In this document: positions 1-9,400 of the stretch, in pieces
Layout of the letters: the number at the start of each line of letters is the position of its first letter
Position numbering within the stretch: the first letter of the stretch is position 1
Virus record (IMG/VR): IMGVR_UViG_3300029288_000087
Direction: 5' to 3' (one strand)
Origin: an uncultured virus (IMG/VR IMGVR_UViG_3300029288_000087)
Lineage: Duplodnaviria; Heunggongvirae; Uroviricota; Caudoviricetes
Length of the DNA stretch: 64,000 bases
Program-made: the position numbers and the translations under genes
The notes under the pieces: generated by a model
Told to the model about the DNA's origin: nothing
What the model saw: only the letters and a program-made list of their open reading frames with translations
Databases searched by the model: none

Positions 1-500
1 AAGAGCAGCTGTACAAGACTTGCTACGACGGGTGCATCGTCGAGCACAAGGGCCAGTGGAGCCCGAACATGTGGCTCTACTGCGAGAGGACATGCAAGGA
101 GCAGACTGGCCTGCCTCAACCGGTCAGCCAAGTGCAAGGGGCGCAGATGAAAGACCCCGCGTGCATGAAGGCGTGCAGCGACAATAACCCAGCCGACTTC
201 ATTGCCTCGGGCATGTGCAAAGACCGCTGTCCCGTGATCACCGTCTCGTCAGGGACGCTCTCCAATCTACTTGCGCGCGCCTCCGCGGTCCTGACGCCAT
301 CGAAGACTACGGCTTCCCCGGCGGCTGTGCCCGCGTACGCCCCGAAGCAGACTCCTTCGGCGGTATCCACCACAAGCTCTGTGGTGGCTCCGTCCTCGAC
401 GGGCGTGTTCCGTCTGGTTGCTGCCCCCACGACGAACACGTCGAAGACGAGCATCCCAGCTGGGACTTCGGCTGGGGTGCAGCCGGTGCCGGTGACCTGA
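1..500 (+). CDS. Partial Cys-rich protein with Ser/Thr/Pro-rich C-terminal tail (5' end outside window)
   Basis: Frame is open from position 3 to the stop at 500; repeated CxxxC motifs; low-complexity S/T/P tail. Confidence 0.6.
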   Translation, partial: EQLYKTCYDGCIVEHKGQWSPNMWLYCERTCKEQTGLPQPVSQVQGAQMKDPACMKACSDNNPADFIASGMCKDRCPVITVSSGTLSNLLARASAVLTPSKTTASPAAVPAYAPKQTPSAVSTTSSVVAPSSTGVFRLVAAPTTNTSKTSIPAGTSAGVQPVPVT

Positions 501-700
501 TGCTGGGCGCTCTTCTCATGAACGGGCGGGTACAGAAGTACGCCAAGTTCGCGTTCGGTCTGAGAGGCAGCGACGTGCGCGACCTGGACAGCTACGGCAT
601 CCCCGTCTGGTCGGTCGTGCTCGCATCGTTCGTCATCGGCGGCTACGTGACCCTGCGGTTCGCACCGAACTTTCTGGTGGGATGGGTGCGACCGAAGTGA
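500..700 (+). CDS. Small membrane protein
   Basis: ATG overlaps upstream TGA; hydrophobic segment VWSVVLASFVIGGYVTL. Confidence 0.55.
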   Translation: MLGALLMNGRVQKYAKFAFGLRGSDVRDLDSYGIPVWSVVLASFVIGGYVTLRFAPNFLVGWVRPK

Positions 701-711
701 GAGGATAGGGG

Positions 712-1404
712 ATGCCCGGACTTCTGGAGTTCTTCCGATCGGCTATCAAGGGCGGCAACGGTGCCGGTGGCCCAGAGGACTTTCGTGCAGCTGCGAACCT
801 CATCGACGGCGCAACGTTCGTGCAGCAGACCGTGAGTGCGCTGTCTGGCGAGCGCGCGCAGGCGCTGCTGTTCGAGGTGCTGCTTCCGTGGGCGGGGCAG
901 GTTGCGGGCTTGGCCGTGAACAGATGGACCTCGATGCGATCGGGTCGGCGATCGCACTGCCGCCTTCAGGTGAAGGGTGAGCCGTGCCGCAGAGCGAGCG
1001 CCTCAACCTGCTTCGGTTGCGGCAAGCCCGTGTGTCTCGAACACGCGTTCGTCGGATCGGACTCGACGCTGGTGTGTTGGGAGTGCATGCGCGTCGGGGT
1101 GAACACCGCCGTCAAGGGGCGCAAGCATTCGGAGCATCAGCCGCCGCCCGAGAACTGGAACTGGGACAACTCCGCCGCTCCGTCTCCGGAGGAGCAGCAG
1201 AAGAAGGACATCGGCTGGGCATACGCAACCATCGGCGTGGCCGAAACAGCGACCGATGACGAGATCAAGTCCGCGTACCGCAAGGCGAGCGCGAAGTGGC
1301 ACCCGGACCGCGCGAAGGACCCGCAGGAAGCCAAGAGCCACGCGGAGATGTTCAAGTCGATTCAGCTCGCGATGCAGACCATCAGGCAGCAGCGCAACGT
1401 CTAG
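712..1404 (+). CDS. J-domain (DnaJ-like) protein with central Cys/His zinc finger
   Basis: C-terminal AYATIGV...DDEIKSAYRKASAKWHPDR...FKSIQLA with HPD motif; CxxC/CxxH/CxxC cluster upstream; GAGG-type RBS. Confidence 0.85.
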   Translation: MPGLLEFFRSAIKGGNGAGGPEDFRAAANLIDGATFVQQTVSALSGERAQALLFEVLLPWAGQVAGLAVNRWTSMRSGRRSHCRLQVKGEPCRRASASTCFGCGKPVCLEHAFVGSDSTLVCWECMRVGVNTAVKGRKHSEHQPPPENWNWDNSAAPSPEEQQKKDIGWAYATIGVAETATDDEIKSAYRKASAKWHPDRAKDPQEAKSHAEMFKSIQLAMQTIRQQRNV

Positions 1405-1413
1405 GAGATCGCG

Positions 1414-1809
1414 ATGTTCTACAAACACCAAGCAATCCAGCCGACCCCAGGCCTCGCGTTCGAGGCCTTCGATCGCCGGTATCGCAACCCGATGATGCCC
1501 CAGCAGGCATACAGGCCGCGCGCGGCGGGCCCGGAGTTCCTGGCCACAGACGGGACCGACCACGCGTACATGACCGCGTTCCGGAGCCGCAACCCGGTGA
1601 ACCTTCGAGGCTTCGGGCTCGACGTGAACCAGCTGCTCGGGGATCAGGTGGGTCAGGTCATCGACGCGGCGATCGAGCGTAGCTGGCCCAAGATCCAGGT
1701 GAAGCTCAACGAGAGCCTCAAGCCCGTCATGTACATGCTCGGAGCCGCCGTCCTGCTTTCTGCCGCGGGCGCGACGCTGTCCTACCTCACGTACTCGAAA
1801 AGGGCTTGA
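1414..1809 (+). CDS. Hypothetical protein with C-terminal transmembrane helix
   Basis: AGGAG RBS; hydrophobic C-terminus. Confidence 0.65.
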   Translation: MFYKHQAIQPTPGLAFEAFDRRYRNPMMPQQAYRPRAAGPEFLATDGTDHAYMTAFRSRNPVNLRGFGLDVNQLLGDQVGQVIDAAIERSWPKIQVKLNESLKPVMYMLGAAVLLSAAGATLSYLTYSKRA

Positions 1810-1842
1810 CGGTTGCCCTAGCGACGTGAGACCTTTCGGCTC

Positions 1843-2541
1843 ATGTCGCAGCCCCCGCCGAAGGTCGAAACGCCTACCCCTTCCGCCGATACCTTGAACG
1901 ATAGCCCAGCCGAAACAATTCCCGCTCCTTCGCCTGCGGAAGCGCCGAAAGATGAGCTTGAGGCAATGGCCGAAGGGTGCGAGGCCAACCTCTCGATCAT
2001 GGTGCGTGGGGGGACGAGCACCTACGCCCACGACATGGCCGAAAAGAAGCGCTGGGCGGAAGCCGAAGCGCGCCGCGACATGCTGGAGCGCTATCAGCAG
2101 ATCGCCAACACGCCCATCGAAAAGGGCGGCGGCGTCATGTACTCGAAGCAGTTCGCCGATCCGCTTTCGTCTCCGCGTGTGCTTCTTCGATACGTCAACT
2201 CGAAGAAGGAAACGCTTTGCGAGATGCTCTGCGAGCTGATCGAAAGCGACACGACGGGCGATCTCATCCTTCAGTTCGTGTGCCCGGAGTGCGTGAAGCG
2301 CGGCGTACACATGGATGCGGCGCAGTGCACGGTGCGAGACACGCACCGCAAGTGGTTCGTCGATACGAAGTGCACCGGGGAGATGCGCAAGGCAGAGACC
2401 GTGGACATGCGCGGGAACAAGATCCTGGAGCCGTATCTGCACGCCGGGGACATCGTGGACACGGAGATGCTCACCTGCGACAGGTGCGCGACGGCGTACA
2501 AGATCCACAAGAACATGCTTTACCGCGTATGGGGCAAGTGA
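1843..2541 (+). CDS. Hypothetical protein with two CxxC pairs (possible Zn-binding)
   Basis: CPEC and CDRC motifs; coupled to the next gene. Confidence 0.65.
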   Translation: MSQPPPKVETPTPSADTLNDSPAETIPAPSPAEAPKDELEAMAEGCEANLSIMVRGGTSTYAHDMAEKKRWAEAEARRDMLERYQQIANTPIEKGGGVMYSKQFADPLSSPRVLLRYVNSKKETLCEMLCELIESDTTGDLILQFVCPECVKRGVHMDAAQCTVRDTHRKWFVDTKCTGEMRKAETVDMRGNKILEPYLHAGDIVDTEMLTCDRCATAYKIHKNMLYRVWGK

Positions 2542-3887
2542 TGGGTCTCGAAGAGTTCATCATCGACGAGCAGTGCGAAGGCTCTATCGAGCAGCAGCTC
2601 GCAGAGCACGGCGACATGTGGAAGGAAGGGCGGGCCGCGAAGCACGAGCGAGGCATCGTCTACAAGGCCCCGTGGGAGACGCAGCACGACGGCGTGTGCA
2701 TCGCGGCGCGTCGGCATGCGCGCGCGCTCCGGATGACGGGCGTGCCGGTGTTCCTGCAATCGGACAGCTTCACCCACTCGAACCTGGGCGTTGTGTCGGA
2801 GGTCGAGTATTTCAGCCTCCCCGGGCTGGTGCGCGCGGAGGTGGATGGCATCACGCAGGTGGATCACGGACAGTCGCTTCTGCTCATCCGGCACTGCGTG
2901 CCGACGCGCGGGGCTCTTGAAGCTCTCGTCTATCCTCCCGTGATGCGGCTTCTGAACCATGAGCAGCTCACAGTGGTCCGCAAGGCGATGATCTTGTTCA
3001 GCGCGTTCGAGACCGACAAGCTCGACGAAGACGCCGTGCGGTACATGAACATGCTCGGGCGCGTCTGGGTAACGTGCGACAAGAACAAGCAGTGGCTCTC
3101 GGCAGCAGGCGTGGACGAGGCCCACATCGTTGTGGTGCCCCACCCCTTCTACGGCAAGGACCCGATGGCGCAGCCCAGGACTGGCAAGCGCACGGGACTC
3201 TTCAGGTTTCTCAACGTCTCGAAGTGGGAGCCCCGCAAAGCGCAGCACGACCTTATCGGCGGATTCCTGCTGGCTTTCGGCCCAGCCGATGACGCAGAGC
3301 TGGTCCTGAAGTGCAACCCGTTCGCACGCGTCGAGGGCTACCCCGCGGACTGGCAGGCCTCCATCGAGCAGTGGGCCGCGAACGAGAAGGTTTCCGCACG
3401 TTGGACCAAGGAGAAGATATACGAACGCGTAAAGGTGCTATGGAAAGCCCACATGACGCGTGCAGAGCTGGCGCAGCTCTACCGTGAGTGCGACGTGTAC
3501 GTGAGCACTGGGCGGGCCGAAGGCTTCGATTTGCCCGCATTCGACGCGAAGCTCTCGGGGATGAGAATGATCCATGCAGCGAGCGGCGGGCCTGAGATGT
3601 TTCACCAGCCGGGCGTGGATGTGCTGATCGATCCGACTGCGGAGACGCAGCCGTTCCACCCGATCTACAACGCCGCCCCGGATGCGAGGTGGTGTGGGTT
3701 CGACGCGACGCACGTGAGCCACGCGCTGATGGCTGCGTACGCGTGCTTCCGCGATCCGATCCCTGCGTTCGACCGGAGCAGGTACACGATGAAGGCAGTC
3801 GGGGCCGTGATGCGCCAGTCGTGCAACGAGCTTCTGAAGGAGCACGGTACGGACATCTCGAACGTGAACGTGGACGCCTCGCCATGA
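2541..3887 (+). CDS. GT4-like (GT-B fold) glycosyltransferase
   Basis: FLNVSKWEPRKAQHDLI and AEGFDLPAFDA motifs; likely start ATG 2541 overlaps upstream stop. Confidence 0.85.
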   Translation: MGLEEFIIDEQCEGSIEQQLAEHGDMWKEGRAAKHERGIVYKAPWETQHDGVCIAARRHARALRMTGVPVFLQSDSFTHSNLGVVSEVEYFSLPGLVRAEVDGITQVDHGQSLLLIRHCVPTRGALEALVYPPVMRLLNHEQLTVVRKAMILFSAFETDKLDEDAVRYMNMLGRVWVTCDKNKQWLSAAGVDEAHIVVVPHPFYGKDPMAQPRTGKRTGLFRFLNVSKWEPRKAQHDLIGGFLLAFGPADDAELVLKCNPFARVEGYPADWQASIEQWAANEKVSARWTKEKIYERVKVLWKAHMTRAELAQLYRECDVYVSTGRAEGFDLPAFDAKLSGMRMIHAASGGPEMFHQPGVDVLIDPTAETQPFHPIYNAAPDARWCGFDATHVSHALMAAYACFRDPIPAFDRSRYTMKAVGAVMRQSCNELLKEHGTDISNVNVDASP

Positions 3888-4201
3888 AGCAAGTCTTCCC
3901 CCACAGGTTCTCAGCAGCGTTGGGGCTGAAGGTGCTCAGGCTTGCCGAAGCGCAGCTGCGAGAGCAGCATCCGGCTCTCGGGCTGACGACGATATGGGAA
4001 GAGCAGAAGAGCCGCGTGGGGTTCGGGTTCACCGCTTTGACGACACGGTTTGCTGGGGTGATCACGTCGAAGGATCGAGGTCTGCACCTGGAGATGGACG
4101 TGCCGACGATCTTCAAAGCGTGGATCCCTCTCGCCAAGCAGGTGATCGAACGCGAGGTCGGCAAGTGGATCGCGCGTGTCGAGAAGGGGGAACTCGGATG
4201 A
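3884..4201 (+). CDS. Small hypothetical protein
   Basis: ATGA overlaps on both sides (MKQVFPHRFS...). Confidence 0.6.
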   Translation: MKQVFPHRFSAALGLKVLRLAEAQLREQHPALGLTTIWEEQKSRVGFGFTALTTRFAGVITSKDRGLHLEMDVPTIFKAWIPLAKQVIEREVGKWIARVEKGELG

Positions 4202-5358
4202 GCAAGGAGATTGGCCTCGCGTACCCCGGATGCTCCTATGCAGTTCGAGACCACGGAGTACAACCCATGAGTCTCTGCGTCTACGGTCCCAAGATCGGCT
4301 ACTCCAGCCTGGAAGTCGTCACGCGCGGCATGATCGAGGCCGGGATCGAGCACGGCGTGTTCTCGGGGCACGTTCCGACCGGGCGGTCCTACGACGATCA
4401 CGATCTGTATCGGGGCAGGGACGCGAGCTGTGCCGTGCTGTGCGGCGGGTACCCAGAGATGCCGATCCTCGAATACGGCGTCCACCGCTACCGATCGTTC
4501 ATGCTCGCCGCGAACAGCACGTGGGTTCCGGATGCGTTCTGGGCTCACTCAAGATCGCAACTGACGGAGATCCTGACGCCTTCGGAGTGGAGCAAGCAGC
4601 AGATCGAGTCAGCTCGCCCCAGCAGCGTCGGCCTTCCCGTGCGCGTTGTGCCTCACGGCGTGCTCGCTGGCTTCAAGCCGGTGGAGCCAGGGGAGAGTCC
4701 GAAGGTCAACGTGTGCGGACCGCCGGGGAAGTTCGTTGTGACGCACTTCGCTGGCTCAAGCGACGAGCGCAAGGGAAGCCTGGAGCTGGTCAAGGCGTTC
4801 ATGGCGTGGCCGAAGCGCGACGATGCGTTCCTGTTTCTCTGCATGAACAGCATGCAGGTGCACGTGTTCACGATGAAGGTGCTCGACTTGTTTGGCGAAG
4901 AGGCGCAGAAGCACATGGCGATTGTCCCGCAGCTCAACGCGGAGCCCGAGACAATGCGCTGGGTCTACGCCGCCTCCGATCTGGTCTGCCAGCCTTCACG
5001 GGCGGAGGGCTTCGGCCTCGTTCCTCTTGAGGCGCTCTGTTGCGGGACTCCGATCGCGGCCACAAAATCGACTGGCCATCTGCAATGGATGCTCGGCGCG
5101 AGGGGCGAGGTTGGGGCTGGTATTGTGCCGATCGAGGTAGAAGCGCCGCGCAAGATTGACTACGATCCGGGCGGCATGGCACCGCATGTGAGCGTGGACG
5201 CGATCGCCGCTGCGCTGGACTTCGCATTCACGCACATCGAGGTGCTGCGCAGGGAAGCGATGGAGTTTGCGAGCGATCGTCGCTCGTGTTGGTCGTGGGC
5301 GAATCAGACACGCGCGTGGGTGTCACAACTGAAGGAAAGGTATGTGAGCGATGGTTGA
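4198..5358 (+). CDS. GT4-like glycosyltransferase
   Basis: ERKGSLELVKAF and QPSRAEGFGLVPLEALCCGTP (E-x7-E motif). Confidence 0.9.
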   Translation: MSKEIGLAYPGCSYAVRDHGVQPMSLCVYGPKIGYSSLEVVTRGMIEAGIEHGVFSGHVPTGRSYDDHDLYRGRDASCAVLCGGYPEMPILEYGVHRYRSFMLAANSTWVPDAFWAHSRSQLTEILTPSEWSKQQIESARPSSVGLPVRVVPHGVLAGFKPVEPGESPKVNVCGPPGKFVVTHFAGSSDERKGSLELVKAFMAWPKRDDAFLFLCMNSMQVHVFTMKVLDLFGEEAQKHMAIVPQLNAEPETMRWVYAASDLVCQPSRAEGFGLVPLEALCCGTPIAATKSTGHLQWMLGARGEVGAGIVPIEVEAPRKIDYDPGGMAPHVSVDAIAAALDFAFTHIEVLRREAMEFASDRRSCWSWANQTRAWVSQLKERYVSDG

Positions 5359-5692
5359 TCTCGAACCCTATGTGGGAGAAGTCGTGCTTCTCATGCTGGC
5401 CAAGCCCCTGCCGTACGTCCTCAAGCAGGGCCTCCAGTTCGCGCCGGTAATGGTCAGCAAACAGCTTCAACCGAATGAGCCCCCGGTGCAAATCCCGGCC
5501 CTGACGGAGATGTTGCAGGGCAAGGTCGAGAAGCGCGGCAACAACTACGTGATGTCGTACTCCAACCCCACCAAGGACGGGACACGCATGTCCATTGCCA
5601 TCGATCCCAACATGGTGGACGCCGTGTACTCGCACAGCGGGATCGCTGTCGTCAGTCCTCTGATGGAGATTCCGGGGTCTCCGGGACAGTAA
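5351..5692 (+). CDS. Hypothetical protein
   Basis: ORF with RBS, overlapping the previous stop. Confidence 0.6.
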   Translation: MVDLEPYVGEVVLLMLAKPLPYVLKQGLQFAPVMVSKQLQPNEPPVQIPALTEMLQGKVEKRGNNYVMSYSNPTKDGTRMSIAIDPNMVDAVYSHSGIAVVSPLMEIPGSPGQ

Positions 5693-6239
5693 GACGGATC
5701 CGGGCTACCGTTCCGTCGTCTCCATAGGAGATGACGGGCGAGATCCTCAAGTCCCTGTCCCCGAGCCGCGCGCACGCTCCGACCTGACCATTCGCACAAC
5801 GGAACGACCCTCCGGGCCTGCTCTCCCTGCGGCACGCCTGGAGGGCCCGCTCGCGCTCTTCGTAGGATGACTCGTTGCCGTAGAAGAAGGACGGGTCGCC
5901 GACGAAGAGCATGGCGAGCGTGCCCCAGACGTGGCCCACCTGTAGGAACTCCGACTCCGGGTGGACGGCGGGCGGGCTCGGGTCAGGTCCGAGCGACAGC
6001 TCGATGACCCTGTGCTTCTTGGGCTTGGTCGGATGCTTGACGACATGGAGCCCCACGAACAGCTTGTCGCCGCCGAAGGGCAGGTACAGGCAAAACTCGT
6101 CCATCGGGTGGTGGAGCTTGCGGGCTACGGGGACGATGAGCAGCCTGCCCGACTCGACAGCCAGCTCGCCTCCCGTTGTGGGCTCAGAAGTGCTGGGGTA
6201 TGATGAGGCCATGGCACGAACTCTCGTTGGGACAATCAC
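5652..6239 (-). CDS. Hypothetical protein (true start probably downstream, near 6103-6140)
   Basis: Protein-like segment MDEFCLYLPFGGDKLF...; start uncertain. Confidence 0.45.
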   Translation of the reverse strand: MIVPTRVRAMASSYPSTSEPTTGGELAVESGRLLIVPVARKLHHPMDEFCLYLPFGGDKLFVGLHVVKHPTKPKKHRVIELSLGPDPSPPAVHPESEFLQVGHVWGTLAMLFVGDPSFFYGNESSYEERERALQACRRESRPGGSFRCANGQVGACARLGDRDLRISPVISYGDDGTVARIRLTVPETPESPSED

Positions 6240-6423
6240 ACGGATGACGGCAAGCGTGTACGTGGCTGAGCGCGTGCCGCCCTACGGAACCGACTCGGTG
6301 ATCAGGGGCTCGTTCCCGGAGGCCAAGCTGTGGCTCAAGGGGTGCGTGAACGACGATCTGACGGAGACTCGCAACGCGAACGCGCTGCCTCCCGAGATCG
6401 TCTACCTGTACACCCCCGGATGA
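6211..6423 (+). CDS. Small hypothetical protein, probably leaderless
   Basis: TATGAT at 6199-6204 lies 6 nt before ATG; converges on the recombinase stop. Confidence 0.5.
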   Translation: MARTLVGTITRMTASVYVAERVPPYGTDSVIRGSFPEAKLWLKGCVNDDLTETRNANALPPEIVYLYTPG

Positions 6424-6428
6424 CGACA

Positions 6429-9400
6429 TCAGGTGACCCACTGCTCCGCAAACACCAGCATCACAGGGTCAGGTAGCTCGTCGGTGAACGTCTCGGAGAA
6501 GTTGGGCTTGGCTCTGCGCCTCACGATCGGCTGCTTGAACTTGGCAGTCTCCTGCTTCGCCTCCTCTTTGCTCTGCCACGCCCGCGAGGTTTGCTCTTCG
6601 TAGCTGCGGCCCGCCGGTATGCCGCCGTGCGCTTCCTGCGATTCCTCGAACTCCGTCTCCACCTCGGCGTACCTTTCGGCCTTCTTGCCAACGGCCATTT
6701 GCAGGCGTCGAGCCACCTCAACGTCGCCGACTTTCTCCTCGGCAAGCTCGCCGCGGTCCTTGAGCATCTGCGTCACGGTCTGTCCCCAGGCCTCGGCGAT
6801 GACATCTCGCATCCGCTCGGCGCTGTGCGCCGCCATGTCAGCAGGATGAAGCCGACGAAGTTCTTCTTCGATGGCGGCAGGGCAGGGCACGATGTACGCG
6901 AGCCATGCGTAGTAGTGCCTTCGGATCATGTCGTGATGCTCTTGAGCGTCGGGGCCACGCTTGCCCATGGCCTCCTTGTGACGCTCCCACAGGTTGCGAG
7001 CGATGCGCCGAAGGACGCACTCGGAATCGGTGCCGTGTCTGCGCCAGAACTCCTCCTTCGTCCGCATGTCGTGAACGATGGTGTTCTGCTCATTGAACGT
7101 GAGGTACCCCTCCTCGAACATCCGCGCACGGAGGACTCGTGACGGCTTGACGGCCCCTGGCGCACTGATGTCGATGCCGTGTTTGCTCTTCAGGTACATC
7201 GTGAGTCGCTCATCGTACTTGAGAGGAGCGTGGCGAGGCCTACCCTCTTTGTCGATCTCTTCCATCATCTCCGTAGGCTCTTCGAGCGTCGGGTGCTCTT
7301 CCCGCGCCTCTGCGATCGCTTCGTCCTGTTCCATCCCCTCTTGCATCTTGGCGTCGATGTCCTGCTGTATTCTGGCAAACGACGCGTCCGCGGCTTTGCC
7401 GACGATCTCGTAGATACTGATCGGAGGGATCTTCACCCCTGCCCCAAACCTGTCCTGCTTGCCGGTCTCCTCCTGGAATTTCTTGTCCAGTTCCGCCATT
7501 TGCTTCTTGGCGGTGTCTCGCGCGCTCGTGTCGAACTTGAACTCGTGGTAGTAGTCTCCCCACACCTGTAGCCAGTTCACGAGGTCGTCGATCGCAACCG
7601 TTGTGCGCATGACGCTGGGGCGGATGCCTTGGAGCTGCTCGATCCACTTACGCATCTGCGCGCGCTCTTCTTCTGGCAGTGAGAGCAGAGGGTCTCGATC
7701 GAAGAACCACTTCGGCAGATCGCGCATCGCGGCGAGAGCGGGGTAGCTCGTCTCCTTCATCTGCCCCCAGGTTGTGGCATCTGCCCACTCGATGGCTTGC
7801 AGGAACCCCTCGTCGATCTTGGCGCGGTGCTCCTGCCTGATCGCCACCATGCCGCCGGAATACATCCCCACCGTCGCATGCCGCCAGTCTGGTCTGCCTA
7901 CGCCCTCACCCTTCTTCTTGGCGACGCCCATGAACTTGATCTCTCGACCGGGCTGGAAGATGACACGGTTCTTCTCCGTGTCGTCCACACGGAAGCTCCG
8001 CGTGTCGATGCGTGTGGCGCGCTCGGTGAACGGGATCCAGTTGTAGGGCCTGCGAATGAGCGGCTGCACGGCCATGTCGCCGTGGACCGCAAACCACTCC
8101 ACGATCCTTTCGGCCATGTGTTCGCGAACGATCCCAAGCTCCCCGGGCGAGGCGCTAGCCTTGAAGTCAATCCACTTGTCCCCGCGCTTGACCATGATCG
8201 ACTGGAACTGCTTGGACGCAACGGTCGTGATCTCCGTAATCCAGGCGACCAGCGCCAGCGCAGCCGTGGGGCCCTTCTCGTTCCAGAAGCGCTTGTAGAG
8301 GTTCTGGAGCCCCTTGAGTACGTCCCAGTTCGGTTCGGTCTCGGGCTGCGTCTGGAAGTGGCTCAGAATGGGAGCCATGTCCTGCTCGGCCCAGGTGTTC
8401 TTGCGGCCCGCCCACCACGGTAGCCTGGAGGTGTGTCCAATCCGGTAGGTGAGTACGGCTCCCTGTCCCTTGGGCACGTCATGGGGGTCCATGTGGACTT
8501 CCGGCAGGTAGAGCCTGAGCTTGTCCACGCCGGTCTGGTACGCCCACTCGGGGCTCTTGAGCGGCTTGTCGGAGACGGCGATTCGCTCGCGGCGCGGACG
8601 CTGTTCTTCCCCTGGCTGCTGCCCCACGAACGGCGTAGGCACTTTGCGCCCCTCGGGCTCGGAGGCGATGATGCGCTCGTCGTCGAGCGGGCTCCCGCGC
8701 CGCCTGTGCATCCGCTGCGCTTCCTCGGTGGACATCACATCGCCCTTCTCCGCCTTGGCGATGTACGCGCCGATGATCACAACGGAGTCGGGCTGGATGT
8801 GCACGTAGCCCTCGGTCGTCTTGATGCTCTCGTGCCCGAGCAGCGCTTGGATCTCGTCCAGGGGCATCCCCGCTTCCCTGGCGCAGGTGGCCCCGTAGTG
8901 CCGGAAGTTGTGGGCGTGGATCCGCTTGCGCTCGTCAGCGTTCAGACCCCGCTGCATCCCGCTCTTCACTTCCACAACGCGCGCTCGTTCCGCCAACGCG
9001 TAGAGCATGCGCCGAAGCCCGCTCGTATCCAGCGGCTCCAGGGCCGTCTGCTCCGGTTGCCCGTCGCGTTCGTTGGTGCCCCAGCGGACCAGCGACGGCA
9101 CGATGGGCGCATTGGGGTTGGTCATCAGAGCTGCGCAGTACCTCGCCCAGTGCGACGGTTGAAGCTCGCCAGTCTCGGGATTGACTTCGTTTTCTTGCGC
9201 TCGCTGCCGAAGGCCTTGATCGAAGGCGACCATGGCATCGCGGATCTCGCTGGACAACGGGATCTCGCGCGTCTTGTCGCCTTTGCCGCTGCGGATGCTC
9301 AGGGTGAGCAAACCGTTCTTCTCGTACAGATCCTTTCGCAGGGCTCCGACAAGCTCCTCGGATCGAAGGCAGGCGTGTGTGAGAAGGTAGAGAGCAAGCG

